The notes: generated from the sequence alone by a model not told the origin. DNA of 64,000 nucleotides from an uncultured Dysgonomonadaceae bacterium (GCA_964631255.1 CAZVWS010000004.1:35806-99805); one strand, 5' to 3'. Positions 9,686 to 20,233 are shown, counted from the first letter of the stretch. A program made the numbers and translations.

Positions 9686-10588
9686 TTATTCCCAAAACCG
9701 ATAATAATTGAACCATTGTTCGGGATAGCGTGTCAGTATGCTTTCTAATGCCTTTGTGTATTGTTGCAATAACTGCATTTCGGGTTTCACAGCATTGCCA
9801 TTGGTAGTCGGTTGCGCAATATGGAAATGAAATTTGTATTTCATTTTTCTGTTTCGCATTGCAAAATAGAAAATTACGGGAACTTGCAATCGCGATGCCA
9901 AAATGAATGGAGCAATTGGGAATTGTGCCTTTTTCCCAAAAAAGATGGTTTTGACAACCTGCGAATTTCCTAAAAATCTATCGCCTTGAAAACAGATATA
10001 TTCTCGTTTGTCTAATATCTCTTTTACCCGAAAGATATTGCTCATGCCATCTTTCTCGCTCAATGGCAATATTTGGTAGTTTTTTGCATCGTTTCGTTGA
10101 TCCAATATTTTTTTTATTTTCCGGTACTCGGCATCCAACATTGCCACGTGCATTTTTTTTCCATACTCATCAAAAAAAGGTGCTCCTATTTCCCAACTTC
10201 CCACGTGTGCACCAATCATAATCGCTCCGTTTTGTTGATTCAAAATTTGCAGAAATTGCGGATAAGTGCTGTCAAAATCAAACTGATACTTATCTTTGTT
10301 GCCCGATGCAATTGCCACTTTATCGATGAGCGTTTGCCCAAATCGGTAATAATTTCGGAATAAAAAAAGGGGCGCTTGTAGGCGATTTTTCTTCAAAATA
10401 TGGCGTGCATACCACCACGATGCGGCAGTTGCTTTGGGCGCGAAAGGAATAAAATAAATAACGACAAAAGCCAGAAAAAAATAGGCAAACCGGACGCCTA
10501 AAGTGTCAATAAGAAAAATAAAAAATCGATAACCAAAAGAACCGCCACGGGTCTTACCGCTCCATTTTTTTGAGTTACTGTTGCTCAT
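9686..10588 (-). CDS. LpxL/HtrB-family lysophospholipid (lipid A-type) acyltransferase
   Basis: N-terminal TM segment. Motif GAHVGSWEIG is the H-x4-E/D type site of this family. Confidence 0.8.
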   Translation of the reverse strand: MSNSNSKKWSGKTRGGSFGYRFFIFLIDTLGVRFAYFFLAFVVIYFIPFAPKATAASWWYARHILKKNRLQAPLFLFRNYYRFGQTLIDKVAIASGNKDKYQFDFDSTYPQFLQILNQQNGAIMIGAHVGSWEIGAPFFDEYGKKMHVAMLDAEYRKIKKILDQRNDAKNYQILPLSEKDGMSNIFRVKEILDKREYICFQGDRFLGNSQVVKTIFFGKKAQFPIAPFILASRLQVPVIFYFAMRNRKMKYKFHFHIAQPTTNGNAVKPEMQLLQQYTKALESILTRYPEQWFNYYRFWE

Positions 10589-10826
10589 TTATTTTGTTTT
10601 CGATGAAATCGTAGAAATTTTGAAAAGTTACTACTTCTTTAAAATCGGTTGCCTTGGGAGTGAAGTTGAAGTTTTGTTCAATCAGAACCACCATATCTAC
10701 CAAATCCAAGCTGTCCAAATCCAAAGTTTGCATCAGCGGTGCATCGGGGGTAATGGTTTCTACATCTACCTCAAACTCGTCTGCCAAGCTATTGTTAATG
10801 CGCTCAATAAGTGCTGCTTTATCCAT
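10575..10826 (-). CDS. Acyl carrier protein
   Basis: 83 aa with an LDSLDLVDMV motif. Confidence 0.85.
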   Translation of the reverse strand: MDKAALIERINNSLADEFEVDVETITPDAPLMQTLDLDSLDLVDMVVLIEQNFNFTPKATDFKEVVTFQNFYDFIENKINEQQ

Positions 10827-10848
10827 AAGTGAAACGAAAATATATTTT

Positions 10849-12072
10849 TTATTTAGAAAATTTTTTAATTATCAAAGTTGAGTTTGTACCACCAAATCCA
10901 AACGAATTGGACAAAAATGTATCGAAAGATTGGTGGATGGTTTTGGTGGGAATATTGAGTGCCGGAGCATCGTCTTCTGCCTGTTGGAAATTGATGTTGG
11001 GTGCAATAAAATTATTTTGCATCATCAGCATCGAGTAGATTACTTCGCTGGCACCAGCCATCCACATTTCGTGTCCGGTCAGGGCTTTAGTAGAGGCCAC
11101 AAACGGCTTGTGAGTGCCAAAAACAGCATCGATAGCTTTCGCTTCGTTGAGGTCGCCAACGGGCGTGGATGTGGCATGGGCATTCACATATCCAATCGCT
11201 TTTGCAGAAATGCCAGCATCTTTTATTGCCATCTCTAACGACCGTTTTGGTCCATCGATATTGGGCACAGATATATGATTTCCGTTCGATGAAAAACCAT
11301 ATCCAATCACCTCGCCAAGAATATCGGCTCCACGTTTCACGGCATTTTCGTAACTTTCCAAAATAACGGTTGCGCCGCCGCCGCTGGGGACAAGTCCGTC
11401 GCGTTCTTTATCAAATGGGCGAGATGCCTTACCGGGCTCATCTTCACGCACCGAAAAAGCTGATAAACCATCGAAACTTCCAACCGAAAACAGATTTACT
11501 TCTTGTGCTCCGCCACACACAACACAATCTTGAAACCCTTGTTTGATAAGCAAATACGCCAACCCGATGGCATGCGACCCGCTGGCGCAAGCACCCGAAA
11601 CCGTGAAATTTATCCCTTTCAATTTAAAAATCACCGACAAATTCATCGATACAGTAGAGTTCATGCTCTGAAAAATGGAGCCCGAGCCTACCAAAGCTGT
11701 ATTTCTTTTCTGTCGAATAATATCGCACGCTTCTATCACGGGATGTGCCGAACTATCATTACCATAAATGATTCCTACCTCGTTGTTATCTAAGTAGTTG
11801 TTGTCAATTTTTGCTTGCTCGAAAGCCTCGATGGTTGCCATGTAAGCGTATTTCCCTTGTTCGGCAAGTCCGGCACGTTGGCGTCGGTCTAAGTGAGGTT
11901 TCAAATCGGGTATTTCTAACAATCCGGTCAATGCCGAACGAAAACCATACTCTTTTCGCTGCGGATCTATACCGATGCCCGATTTTCCATCGTGCAATGA
12001 CTGCAGAACCTCGTTTTTATTTTTCCCAATACAGGAATAAATTCCCATCCCTGTGATGACTACTCTATTCAT
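10849..12072 (-). CDS. Beta-ketoacyl-ACP synthase I/II family
   Basis: Motifs GACASGSHA, NAHATSTPVGD and GHEMWMAGA. Start re-set to MNRVVITGMGIY. Confidence 0.9.
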   Translation of the reverse strand: MNRVVITGMGIYSCIGKNKNEVLQSLHDGKSGIGIDPQRKEYGFRSALTGLLEIPDLKPHLDRRQRAGLAEQGKYAYMATIEAFEQAKIDNNYLDNNEVGIIYGNDSSAHPVIEACDIIRQKRNTALVGSGSIFQSMNSTVSMNLSVIFKLKGINFTVSGACASGSHAIGLAYLLIKQGFQDCVVCGGAQEVNLFSVGSFDGLSAFSVREDEPGKASRPFDKERDGLVPSGGGATVILESYENAVKRGADILGEVIGYGFSSNGNHISVPNIDGPKRSLEMAIKDAGISAKAIGYVNAHATSTPVGDLNEAKAIDAVFGTHKPFVASTKALTGHEMWMAGASEVIYSMLMMQNNFIAPNINFQQAEDDAPALNIPTKTIHQSFDTFLSNSFGFGGTNSTLIIKKFSK

Positions 12073-12124
12073 ATTGTTGCAATTGATGCGGGATATTTTT
12101 ACTCTTTGGATTGCTCGTGCCTTT

Positions 12125-12856
12125 TTACGTGTAAATTCCTCCATTTATCGAGATTACTTCGCCGGTAATGTATCCGGCTTCTTTGGACACCAAAAAAGAA
12201 GTCAGAGCCGCCACCTCTTCCGCTGTGCCAAATCTGCCACAAGGTATCAATTTCTTGAGTTCTTTTTCATCCAAATCTTGGGTCATATCCGATTGGATAA
12301 AACCCGGTGCAACTGCATTCACGGTTACTCCCTTCTTGGCAACTTCTTGTGCCAAAGCTTTTGTAGCAGCAATAACACCTGCTTTTGCCGCCGAATAATT
12401 GGTTTGTCCCGGCATTCCTTTTATTCCCGACAAAGATACAATATTTACTATTCGTCCGAAACGATTCACAAGCATATTTTTCAGCAACGGTCTCGTTACA
12501 TTATAAAACCCATTCAAACTGGTGTTTATCACATTATTCCATTCTACTGACTCCATCCAAATCATTAGATTATCTTTGCGAATGCCGGCATTGTTTACCA
12601 ATACTTCGATATATTCCGTTGCATTTTGTCGCATCCACTCGTTGATAACTTGAGCGGTTTGTTGGTTGTCGGTAACATCAAATTGCAACAATTCGCCATC
12701 AGAACCGACGCTGCGAACGGCTTCCAAAGCTTTTTCTGCTTCATCGGTACGGTGGTTGTAATTGATTAAAATATAGTATCCTTGTTGAGCCAATCGTACG
12801 CAAATGGCTCTGCCAATTCCGCGACTACCACCCGTTACGAGCGCGTATTTTTTCAT
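12125..12856 (-). CDS. fabG: 3-oxoacyl-ACP reductase (SDR family)
   Basis: Motifs TGGSRGIGRA and NYSAAKAG, plus the C-terminal INGGIY that is typical of FabG. Confidence 0.9.
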   Translation of the reverse strand: MKKYALVTGGSRGIGRAICVRLAQQGYYILINYNHRTDEAEKALEAVRSVGSDGELLQFDVTDNQQTAQVINEWMRQNATEYIEVLVNNAGIRKDNLMIWMESVEWNNVINTSLNGFYNVTRPLLKNMLVNRFGRIVNIVSLSGIKGMPGQTNYSAAKAGVIAATKALAQEVAKKGVTVNAVAPGFIQSDMTQDLDEKELKKLIPCGRFGTAEEVAALTSFLVSKEAGYITGEVISINGGIYT

Positions 12857-14397
12857 AAGGAAATCTGTTTTGTTTTCAGAAAATCGACCATTTTGCTGAT
12901 ATCGTTGTATTTTGGTTTATCGTTTACAAATAACGGGAAAATTTCGCGAATTTCGTTATATAGTTTTTGGCTTTTTGTAGATAGTTTTTTATCCACTTGA
13001 AGACAATCAATTGCTTGTGCAATAGCCATATAATGAATTGCCATGACCTGGAACCCGTTTTCTATCACGGTTTTGGCGAGCAGCGCAGAATTGGTACCCA
13101 TGCTCACGATGTCTTGGTTGTCGTTGTTGTTTGGAATGCTGTGCAGATACATCGGATACGAAAGTGTTTGATTTTCGGCAGTGGTGGATGTTGCTGTGAA
13201 TTGCACCGCTTGCATTCCGTAGTCCAATCCCAATTTTCCCAAATTTACAAATGGTGGCAATATCTCATTCACTTTATCGTGCATCAAATAGTTTAACTGC
13301 CGCTCCATAAGCATTATAAGTTTTGTTATAGCGATTTTTAGTTTATCCATTTCAAATGAAACGTAATCGCCATGAAAATTTCCCCCGTGGTATATATTCT
13401 TCGATTGAGAATCAACTATCGGGTTATCGCTAACCGAGTTGAGCTCATCTATGAGCACTTTTTCGGCATTTGCAATTTCATCCCAAATGGATCCGATTAT
13501 TTGCGGAACGCAACGCAAAGAGTAATAGGGCTGCACTTTGTGCTTGAAATGTTGTGCTTGTGTACCGTTGTAGAGTTCGTTTTCTCGTTTGCGCAGCAAT
13601 TGGCTGTCGCTGAGCCATTGGCGCATGAAGTGGGCTGTTTTTTGTTGCCCTGCGTGCTGTTTTGCTTCGTTTAGTTGAGTGGCTAAAAAATCATCGTAAG
13701 AAGATGCAATTTCATTCATCATTGCCGATGCTGCTAGAGCGGCATGCAACAATTTTTTCACATAAATCAGATTGACCAAACCAATACCCGTCATCACAGA
13801 AGTGCCGTTAGTAAGTGCCAAACCATCTCTTATTTTTAGTTGAATAGGCACCATCCCAAGCTCCCGCAAAACATCTGCTGTGGCACGACGTTGGTTCTGA
13901 TAAAAAACTTCGCCTTCGCCAATGAGCGTGAGCGCGATGTGTGCCAACTGAACCAAATCGCCACTTGCTCCCACGCTACCGTGCGATGGCACAAATGGAG
14001 TAATATCTCGATTGATAAAGTCGGCAATGTGTTGAATTAATTCCGGATTGACACCCGACAAGCCTTGCTTGAATGTGCATAAACGGGCAAAAAGTGCTGC
14101 TTTCACATAGATAACTTCCAAAGGCAAGCCGGCCCCTGCCGAGTGGCTTCGGATGATATTGTATTGCAATTGAGTTACTTCATCGTCCTTTATGCGAAAC
14201 TGTGCCATGGGGCCAAATCCCGTATTGACGCCGTAAATAACTTTATCGGCAGAAAAAGTTTTCAAAAAACGGTAGCTTTCGGCAACAATTTCTTTCACTT
14301 CTTGACTAATAACTACTTGCGTTTTGTCAAAAAGCAATTGTTCCACGTCGCGTAATTCTACTTTGTTTTTTGTTATAGTTGTAGTATTCAAACACAT
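12853..14397 (-). CDS. MIO-dependent aromatic amino acid ammonia-lyase (HAL/TAL family)
   Basis: GASGDL motif (Ala-Ser-Gly MIO precursor) and YGVNTGFG. Start re-set to MCLNTTT (ATG 14397), downstream of a TACTTTTG -7 motif. Confidence 0.9.
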   Translation of the reverse strand: MCLNTTTITKNKVELRDVEQLLFDKTQVVISQEVKEIVAESYRFLKTFSADKVIYGVNTGFGPMAQFRIKDDEVTQLQYNIIRSHSAGAGLPLEVIYVKAALFARLCTFKQGLSGVNPELIQHIADFINRDITPFVPSHGSVGASGDLVQLAHIALTLIGEGEVFYQNQRRATADVLRELGMVPIQLKIRDGLALTNGTSVMTGIGLVNLIYVKKLLHAALAASAMMNEIASSYDDFLATQLNEAKQHAGQQKTAHFMRQWLSDSQLLRKRENELYNGTQAQHFKHKVQPYYSLRCVPQIIGSIWDEIANAEKVLIDELNSVSDNPIVDSQSKNIYHGGNFHGDYVSFEMDKLKIAITKLIMLMERQLNYLMHDKVNEILPPFVNLGKLGLDYGMQAVQFTATSTTAENQTLSYPMYLHSIPNNNDNQDIVSMGTNSALLAKTVIENGFQVMAIHYMAIAQAIDCLQVDKKLSTKSQKLYNEIREIFPLFVNDKPKYNDISKMVDFLKTKQISL

Positions 14398-14420
14398 ACG
14401 TTTTTGTAAATATTGCATCA

Positions 14421-14428
14421 CAAAAGTA
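14421..14428 (-). promoter_or_regulatory. Candidate Bacteroidota -7 promoter element (TACTTTTG) for the pigment cluster
   Basis: The reverse complement of caaaagta matches the TAnnTTTG consensus, about 25 nt upstream of the chosen ammonia-lyase start. Confidence 0.45.
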
Positions 14429-14516
14429 ATCATTTTTTCTCTGTTAGCAAATAGTTTTAAAAATTGAAAAAGCAGAAAAAACGGTGGTTGTAATTCCAAT
14501 TTTTCATAAATCTAAT

Positions 14517-14524
14517 TAACTTTG
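14517..14524 (+). promoter_or_regulatory. Candidate -7 promoter element (TAACTTTG)
   Basis: TAnnTTTG match in the divergent intergenic region. It overlaps the TTG start given in the ORF track, which argues for a downstream start. Confidence 0.45.
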
Positions 14525-14530
14525 CAAATT

Positions 14531-17116
14531 ATGATTCTATGTTCTAATTTTTTGTTATTGAACACGATAAAAAAACAGACGAAACGTGCAATAAAATCTT
14601 TGCTACCCTTGTTTTTTATGATTTTGCCGATGCATGGCTTGTCGGCACAAACGGAGAGATACATACAAGGCGTGGTAAAAGACAGTGTGAATGGCGAACC
14701 AGTGTCTTTTGCATCGTTGCAGTTTGAGGATACCAATCACGGAACGGCAACAGATTTAGACGGCTATTTTAGTTTGATTTCGGTGCCGAATAACAAAAAA
14801 ATCCGTGTTTCGTCTATGGGCTACGAAACCAAAACAATAGATGTATCAATCATAGAAAACAGCAACCGGCTTATCATTCATCTTTTGCCTTCGGCAATTG
14901 ATTTGCAAGAAGTTGTGATAAAACCGAGCAAACAAAAGTATTCTCGACACAACAATCCCGCGGTGGAATTGATGCGAAAAGTGATAGAAAAAAAAGAACA
15001 AAACCGAATGAAAAACGCACCCAATTTGCAGTACGAACAATATGAAAAACTGACACTTTATTGGGATAATTTCAGATTAGAAAACAAGTTGTTGAAAAAT
15101 AAATTTGGCTTCATACAAAATCATTTAGATACCTCAATTTTTACCGGCAAACAAGTGTTAACACTCTCTATGCGTGAAACTTTGAGCCAAATAACAGAAG
15201 GCTCGAAGAGCAATTTGATAGCAAAACGTACCGTGGGCGCGGAAGAGACGTTTAATGATGGCTCGATGGATATTTTTTTGGCGCAAGTATTTCGAGAAAT
15301 CGATATATATGACGATAATTTAGAAGTCTTACTCAACAAATTTGTAAGTCCAACCTCTTCTTCTTTAAGTTCTGTATATTATAAATTTTATATACAAGAC
15401 ACTGTATTTGTGGATAATATGCGATGCGCAAACGTAGCATTTTTCCCTTTTAATGCCGAGAGTTACAGCTTTAACGGCAATCTGTACATTGCCATTGACC
15501 ACCACTATGCCATCAAACGCGCCGACTTGCAAATTCCCGGAAATCTGAATATCAATTTTCTCGAAAATTTGCGTATAGTACAGCATTACAATTTGTTAGA
15601 CAGTAGTTTTTGGGTGAAAGAGAAAGAGGATATGTATGCCAATTTTAAAATGACCGATTTTCTGACCAAAGTATATGCTCACCAAGTGCGTTCTTATCGG
15701 GATTTTGACCTACAAAAAGAGCCCCATTTTGCATCGGATATAGCAATGACAAACGTGGAAAAATCGGATGATTTTTGGGAAAATAATCGCCATCTGATAC
15801 TAAAAAAAGCCGAATCCGATTTGCCAAAATTGATGACCGAACTCCAGAACGTGGCTTGGTACAGACGTTTTGAGAAATTTCTGGAAATCGTGATTACCGG
15901 ATATATAAAAACTGCCAACGAACGCCAAACAAAGAGTAAAATAGACTTGGGTCCAATCTATTCCGTTTACGGAAAAAATCCCATCGAAGGGCATCGCTTG
16001 CGTTTTGGTTTGATGACTACGGCTCATTTGCATCCGCAAATTTTCTTTTCGGGATATGCCGCCTACGGATTTTTAGACAAAAAATGGAAATATTCGGCAA
16101 CCGCTACTTACTCATTTTTGAAAAAAGATAATTACAGAAATGAATTTCCCCGAAACGACATATCTTTCTCTGCCGAACATGATTTGTACTCACTTGGTAT
16201 GCAGATGAATGACGCCATAAAAGACAATCTTTTCGTGGCTCTTGGCACGCAAGGAATTGCCAACAGAAGCTACCAAAATCGTTATAAATTGAGCTATACG
16301 GTTGACCACCATTCGGGATTTGGTATTTCGGCATGGTTGCGGCACACCAAAGATACTCCCGCCGGCGCGTTGGAGTATTGGCAAGAAACGGAGGCTGATG
16401 TTTGGGATAAAATTCCGCATTTTTCGCTTTCGCACATCGGATTGAATATCTCCTATTCGCCCGGAATGACAGATTTTGGAAAAAACAGAGATGGACAAAA
16501 TGCCAAAATAAATTTCATAAACGACAATATTCGGTTCAATATTTGGCACGAATATGCTATAAAAGGTTTCGGTGAAGGCAATTACAGCTACCATCAAACA
16601 CAAATTGCCGTAACGGATAGATTTTGGTTGTCTTCCTTCGGACACATCGATTTCCATTTTTCCGGAGGAAAAGTGTGGAACAAAGTACCTTTTCCCATGC
16701 TTGCAAGTCCACGAGTAAATCCGTCAATCTTCATAGAAAAAAATCATTTTCACATGATGCAACCATTTGAATTTGTGGCAGATGAATATCTTGCATTGCA
16801 CACCAATTATTACCTGAAAGGATGGTTGTTGAACCGCATCCCCGTCTTACGAAAACTGCAATTGCGTGAAGTCATTTCGTTTAGCGGATATTTTGGTAAT
16901 TTGACAGATAAAAATAATCCCGAAACAACGTTGGGCTTGTTCCGTTTTCCCGAATCGGCAAACGCCATGAAAGGTGAACTTTACTGCGAAGGCAGCATTG
17001 GCATTGAAAATATTTTTAAAGTTTTTCGGATAGATTATTTCAGAAGATTTACGCACCTCGATTATCCCGAAGCCAAACGCAACGGTGTTAGAATAGGTTT
17101 TAGATTCGCGTTTTAA
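14531..17116 (+). CDS. CarboxypepD_reg-like domain outer-membrane protein (DUF5686-like)
   Basis: Signal peptide ending HGLSAQ. The segment YIQGVVKDSVNGEPVSFASLQFEDTNHGTATDLDGYFSL is a carboxypeptidase-regulatory-like domain. C-terminal beta-rich region ends in RFAF. Start position is uncertain (14531 or later). Confidence 0.7.
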   Translation: MILCSNFLLLNTIKKQTKRAIKSLLPLFFMILPMHGLSAQTERYIQGVVKDSVNGEPVSFASLQFEDTNHGTATDLDGYFSLISVPNNKKIRVSSMGYETKTIDVSIIENSNRLIIHLLPSAIDLQEVVIKPSKQKYSRHNNPAVELMRKVIEKKEQNRMKNAPNLQYEQYEKLTLYWDNFRLENKLLKNKFGFIQNHLDTSIFTGKQVLTLSMRETLSQITEGSKSNLIAKRTVGAEETFNDGSMDIFLAQVFREIDIYDDNLEVLLNKFVSPTSSSLSSVYYKFYIQDTVFVDNMRCANVAFFPFNAESYSFNGNLYIAIDHHYAIKRADLQIPGNLNINFLENLRIVQHYNLLDSSFWVKEKEDMYANFKMTDFLTKVYAHQVRSYRDFDLQKEPHFASDIAMTNVEKSDDFWENNRHLILKKAESDLPKLMTELQNVAWYRRFEKFLEIVITGYIKTANERQTKSKIDLGPIYSVYGKNPIEGHRLRFGLMTTAHLHPQIFFSGYAAYGFLDKKWKYSATATYSFLKKDNYRNEFPRNDISFSAEHDLYSLGMQMNDAIKDNLFVALGTQGIANRSYQNRYKLSYTVDHHSGFGISAWLRHTKDTPAGALEYWQETEADVWDKIPHFSLSHIGLNISYSPGMTDFGKNRDGQNAKINFINDNIRFNIWHEYAIKGFGEGNYSYHQTQIAVTDRFWLSSFGHIDFHFSGGKVWNKVPFPMLASPRVNPSIFIEKNHFHMMQPFEFVADEYLALHTNYYLKGWLLNRIPVLRKLQLREVISFSGYFGNLTDKNNPETTLGLFRFPESANAMKGELYCEGSIGIENIFKVFRIDYFRRFTHLDYPEAKRNGVRIGFRFAF

Positions 17117-17219
17117 ACGAAAAAAGCTGCTTCAAAACTTCAACCGAATTCCCATAAAATAAAACCCGATTTTCCCATTTTTTTGAAACAGCCTTTCTTA
17201 TTCCGTAAAAAACTTTTGT

Positions 17220-17804
17220 TTACTTCATCTTTTTCATAGTCGAGTATAGTGCGCCCGCCCAAAAATTGCGCAGACCAAATCCTTTAGCTTTTCCCGTGAG
17301 TTCTTTCTGAAAAATAATTTGGTTCGTTTGCTGGTCAAAAATCACGTAAGTAAATGTTCCCCTATTGCTCGTTTTGTTGAGCAAGCCGGTCAGAATTATT
17401 GCACCAAATTGGCTGTCTCCCTCTTTTTTGAGTTGAGCAATAGCATTAGCAATATCCTCATCAGAAAGCACATAACTATTATTTTCAGCGAACAGGTCGG
17501 ACTCCGAAATGTTTTTCGCATTGGATTTCGCTTCCGAATTATACAAATATACCCGACTTATGCCCAGAGCTTTGCTCATGTCATATTTTTGGGGTTCCGA
17601 TTCAAATAAATCATTGATTCGGGCAAATGCTTCGGTCAGATTTTGGTAAGAATCGTCCGAACCATATATTTTTGCAAACGAAAAATCCACTCCATAAAAA
17701 CTAATGTCTTGGATGTGATTCAACTCTTTTGTAGCTTGCGCATTTGCCTTTTGCCCGAAAACAAAACAGAGCAAAGCTGCTACCAATAATAATTTTTTTC
17801 TCAT
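17220..17804 (-). CDS. Secreted hypothetical protein
   Basis: Signal peptide MRKKLLLVAALLCFVFGQKANAQ. No recognisable domain. Confidence 0.55.
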   Translation of the reverse strand: MRKKLLLVAALLCFVFGQKANAQATKELNHIQDISFYGVDFSFAKIYGSDDSYQNLTEAFARINDLFESEPQKYDMSKALGISRVYLYNSEAKSNAKNISESDLFAENNSYVLSDEDIANAIAQLKKEGDSQFGAIILTGLLNKTSNRGTFTYVIFDQQTNQIIFQKELTGKAKGFGLRNFWAGALYSTMKKMK

Positions 17805-17887
17805 AAAATTATAGATAAGTTAGGTAAATAAAAAATTTCTTGCAAATTTGCACCTTCGTGCAGAGAGTGCAATCCTTATTCTTTGAT

Positions 17888-18166
17888 TTATAGCACATCA
17901 CGAATTTCCGGCATTTTGTCAAAAACCGATTTGGCGAAAGGGCACAAAGGCAATATCTTCACATTGGCTGTACGAGCATAATCTACTGCCGCAAGCAACA
18001 TTTTTTTGCCAACGCCTTTGCCCGCGTAATCTGGATTTACCTCGGTATGATCAATAATAAATCGGGTGTCTCCTGCCCACGAATAGCTCATTCGTCCGGC
18101 CTCTTTACCGTTGTCATCGGCTTTAAAAAAACCTTTGTTTTCGTAATTTGTTTGTTTTATTTCCAT
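17888..18166 (-). CDS. Small GNAT-family N-acetyltransferase (YjdJ-like)
   Basis: 92 aa. The motif GKGVGKKMLLAAVDYAR is typical of the acetyl-CoA binding segment. Confidence 0.7.
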   Translation of the reverse strand: MEIKQTNYENKGFFKADDNGKEAGRMSYSWAGDTRFIIDHTEVNPDYAGKGVGKKMLLAAVDYARTANVKILPLCPFAKSVFDKMPEIRDVL

Positions 18167-18314
18167 TAGAAATTTATTATTGGTAATATGTTATTTATAT
18201 TCATTGAATTGCATAAACTGAATACAGTTTTTGTAGAAAAAGTCAATACCGTCGCAAACTAAAAGCAAAGGTAAGAAAAAGCGTACATTATTACTATAAA
18301 AAGATGAAAATCGT

Positions 18315-18322
18315 TATCTTTG
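18315..18322 (+). promoter_or_regulatory. Candidate -7 promoter element (TATCTTTG) upstream of upp
   Basis: TAnnTTTG match about 80 nt upstream of the upp start. Confidence 0.4.
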
Positions 18323-18401
18323 TCCATTATTTTAGAAAAATGGTATTGCAACGGAATGGCGTTTATCATTTTTACTATATCACAGAAAACCAAATATTTG
18401 C

Positions 18402-19061
18402 ATGAAAATAATTAATTTTTCAAAAGAAAACTCATTGGTAAGCACCTATGTTCGTGAAATAAGAGATATTACCATCCAGAACGACCGCTTGCGTTTTCGT
18501 CGCAATATAGAAAGAATAGGCGAAATCATGGCTTATGAAATTAGCAAAACGCTATCGTACAAACCAATCGACATCATGACTCCTTTGTGCGAAACATCGG
18601 TTAATGTTTGCAACTCGGATGTTGTAATTGCCACTATTTTGCGTGCCGGATTGCCGTTTCATCACGGCATGCTCAACTATTTTGACGGTGCCGAAAACGC
18701 TTTCGTTTCGGCTTATCGCAAATACAAGGAAACGGGGCATCAGTCGTTTGACATTCATATTGAATATATTGCATCGCCACGTATCGATGGAAAAATTCTT
18801 ATTCTTACCGACCCTATGCTCGCGACAGGCAGCAGTATGGATTTGACATACAGAGCTTTGCTAACAAAAGGCACACCTAAAAACATACACATTGCCACCA
18901 TTATCGCCAGCCAACAAGCTATCGATTATTGCCGTGCCAATTTTCCGCAAGAGAACACCACCATTTGGGCAGCAGCAATAGACCCGGAACTCAACGATTC
19001 GTCGTACATTGTGCCTGGTATTGGCGATGCGGGGGATTTGGCATTCGGTCAAAAAGTTTAA
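18402..19061 (+). CDS. upp: Uracil phosphoribosyltransferase
   Basis: PRPP-binding motif ILILTDPMLATGSS and C-terminal YIVPGIGDAGD. Confidence 0.9.
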   Translation: MKIINFSKENSLVSTYVREIRDITIQNDRLRFRRNIERIGEIMAYEISKTLSYKPIDIMTPLCETSVNVCNSDVVIATILRAGLPFHHGMLNYFDGAENAFVSAYRKYKETGHQSFDIHIEYIASPRIDGKILILTDPMLATGSSMDLTYRALLTKGTPKNIHIATIIASQQAIDYCRANFPQENTTIWAAAIDPELNDSSYIVPGIGDAGDLAFGQKV

Positions 19062-19114
19062 TTTCTTTTGAATAACCAACACATAAATATCCATATAATA
19101 AAGCAGAAAAGAAA

Positions 19115-20233
19115 GTGATACTCAACCATCTATCCATTATCAATTACAAAAACTTAGGGCAGGTAGAAATATCGTTGTCGCCAAAAATAAATTGTTTCAT
19201 CGGCGACAACGGAATGGGAAAAACCAATCTGCTCGATGCCGTTTATTATCTTTCTTTCTGCAAAAGCCACACCAATCCTATCGACTCGCAAATCATAAAA
19301 CACGACACCGATGTTTGCATGCTTCAAGGCAAATACAGTTTTGGAGAACGAATAGAGGAGGAGATTTTTTGCGGATTGAAAAGAAGGCAGAAAAAGCAAT
19401 TCAAAAGAAATAAAAAAGAATACGAGCGCTTGTTAGACCACATCGGTTTTATCCCTCTCGTGATGATTTCGCCGGCAGATATCGAATTAATAAACGGCAC
19501 AAGCGAAGAAAGGCGCAGATTTATGGATATGGCGATTTCGCAATTCGACAAGGAGTATCTATTTTCGCTTGTTCGTTACAACAAAGCCCTACAACAGCGA
19601 AATGCCTTGCTTAAACTGGACGAAGAGAATATCGACACCACTTTACTTGATATGTGGGAAAGCCTGATGGCAGAAAATGCCACTTTTGTTTATGAAAAAC
19701 GACGCGATTTTATAGAAAACTTCACGCCCATTTTCGAAAACTATTACGCCATCATCAGCAAAAGCAAAGAACGGGTTTCGTTTAAGTACATCTCCCATCT
19801 TTCGGGTGGAAATTTGCGCGAACGGTTGTTTAATAATCGTCAACGAGATATAGCGATTGGGCATACAACTACCGGCATACACAGAGACGAACTGGAAATG
19901 TTGCTCAACGATTATCCCATCAAAAAAGTGGGTTCCCAGGGACAATGCAAAACTTATTTCGTATCGATGAAATTTGCCCAATTCAACTACTTGTTGCGGC
20001 AGGGCAAGCAAACACCTATATTGCTTCTCGACGATATTTTTGACCGATTGGATTCGGAACGTGTGCAAGAGATTGTGAAATTGGTATCGGGAGACGAATT
20101 TGGACAAATTTTTATTTCGGATACCAACCGTGAATCTTTAGATAAGATTTTGGGTCGATTTGACAACCAACACCACATTTATTCTGTAAAAAACGGAGAA
20201 ATTGTACAAGCAAACGAGTTGAAAACAGAATGA
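19115..20233 (+). CDS. recF: DNA replication and repair protein RecF
   Basis: Walker A GDNGMGKTN and signature-like GSQGQCKTY, with LLLDDIF Walker B. GTG start. Confidence 0.9.
   Translation: MILNHLSIINYKNLGQVEISLSPKINCFIGDNGMGKTNLLDAVYYLSFCKSHTNPIDSQIIKHDTDVCMLQGKYSFGERIEEEIFCGLKRRQKKQFKRNKKEYERLLDHIGFIPLVMISPADIELINGTSEERRRFMDMAISQFDKEYLFSLVRYNKALQQRNALLKLDEENIDTTLLDMWESLMAENATFVYEKRRDFIENFTPIFENYYAIISKSKERVSFKYISHLSGGNLRERLFNNRQRDIAIGHTTTGIHRDELEMLLNDYPIKKVGSQGQCKTYFVSMKFAQFNYLLRQGKQTPILLLDDIFDRLDSERVQEIVKLVSGDEFGQIFISDTNRESLDKILGRFDNQHHIYSVKNGEIVQANELKTE

Noticed and set aside
17123-17202. Long-range inverted repeat AAAAGCTGCTTCAAAA / TTTTGAAACAGCCTTT between convergent genes, as a possible terminator
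   Set aside because: The stem is imperfect (14/16) and the loop is about 48 nt, which is too loose to call a terminator from sequence alone.
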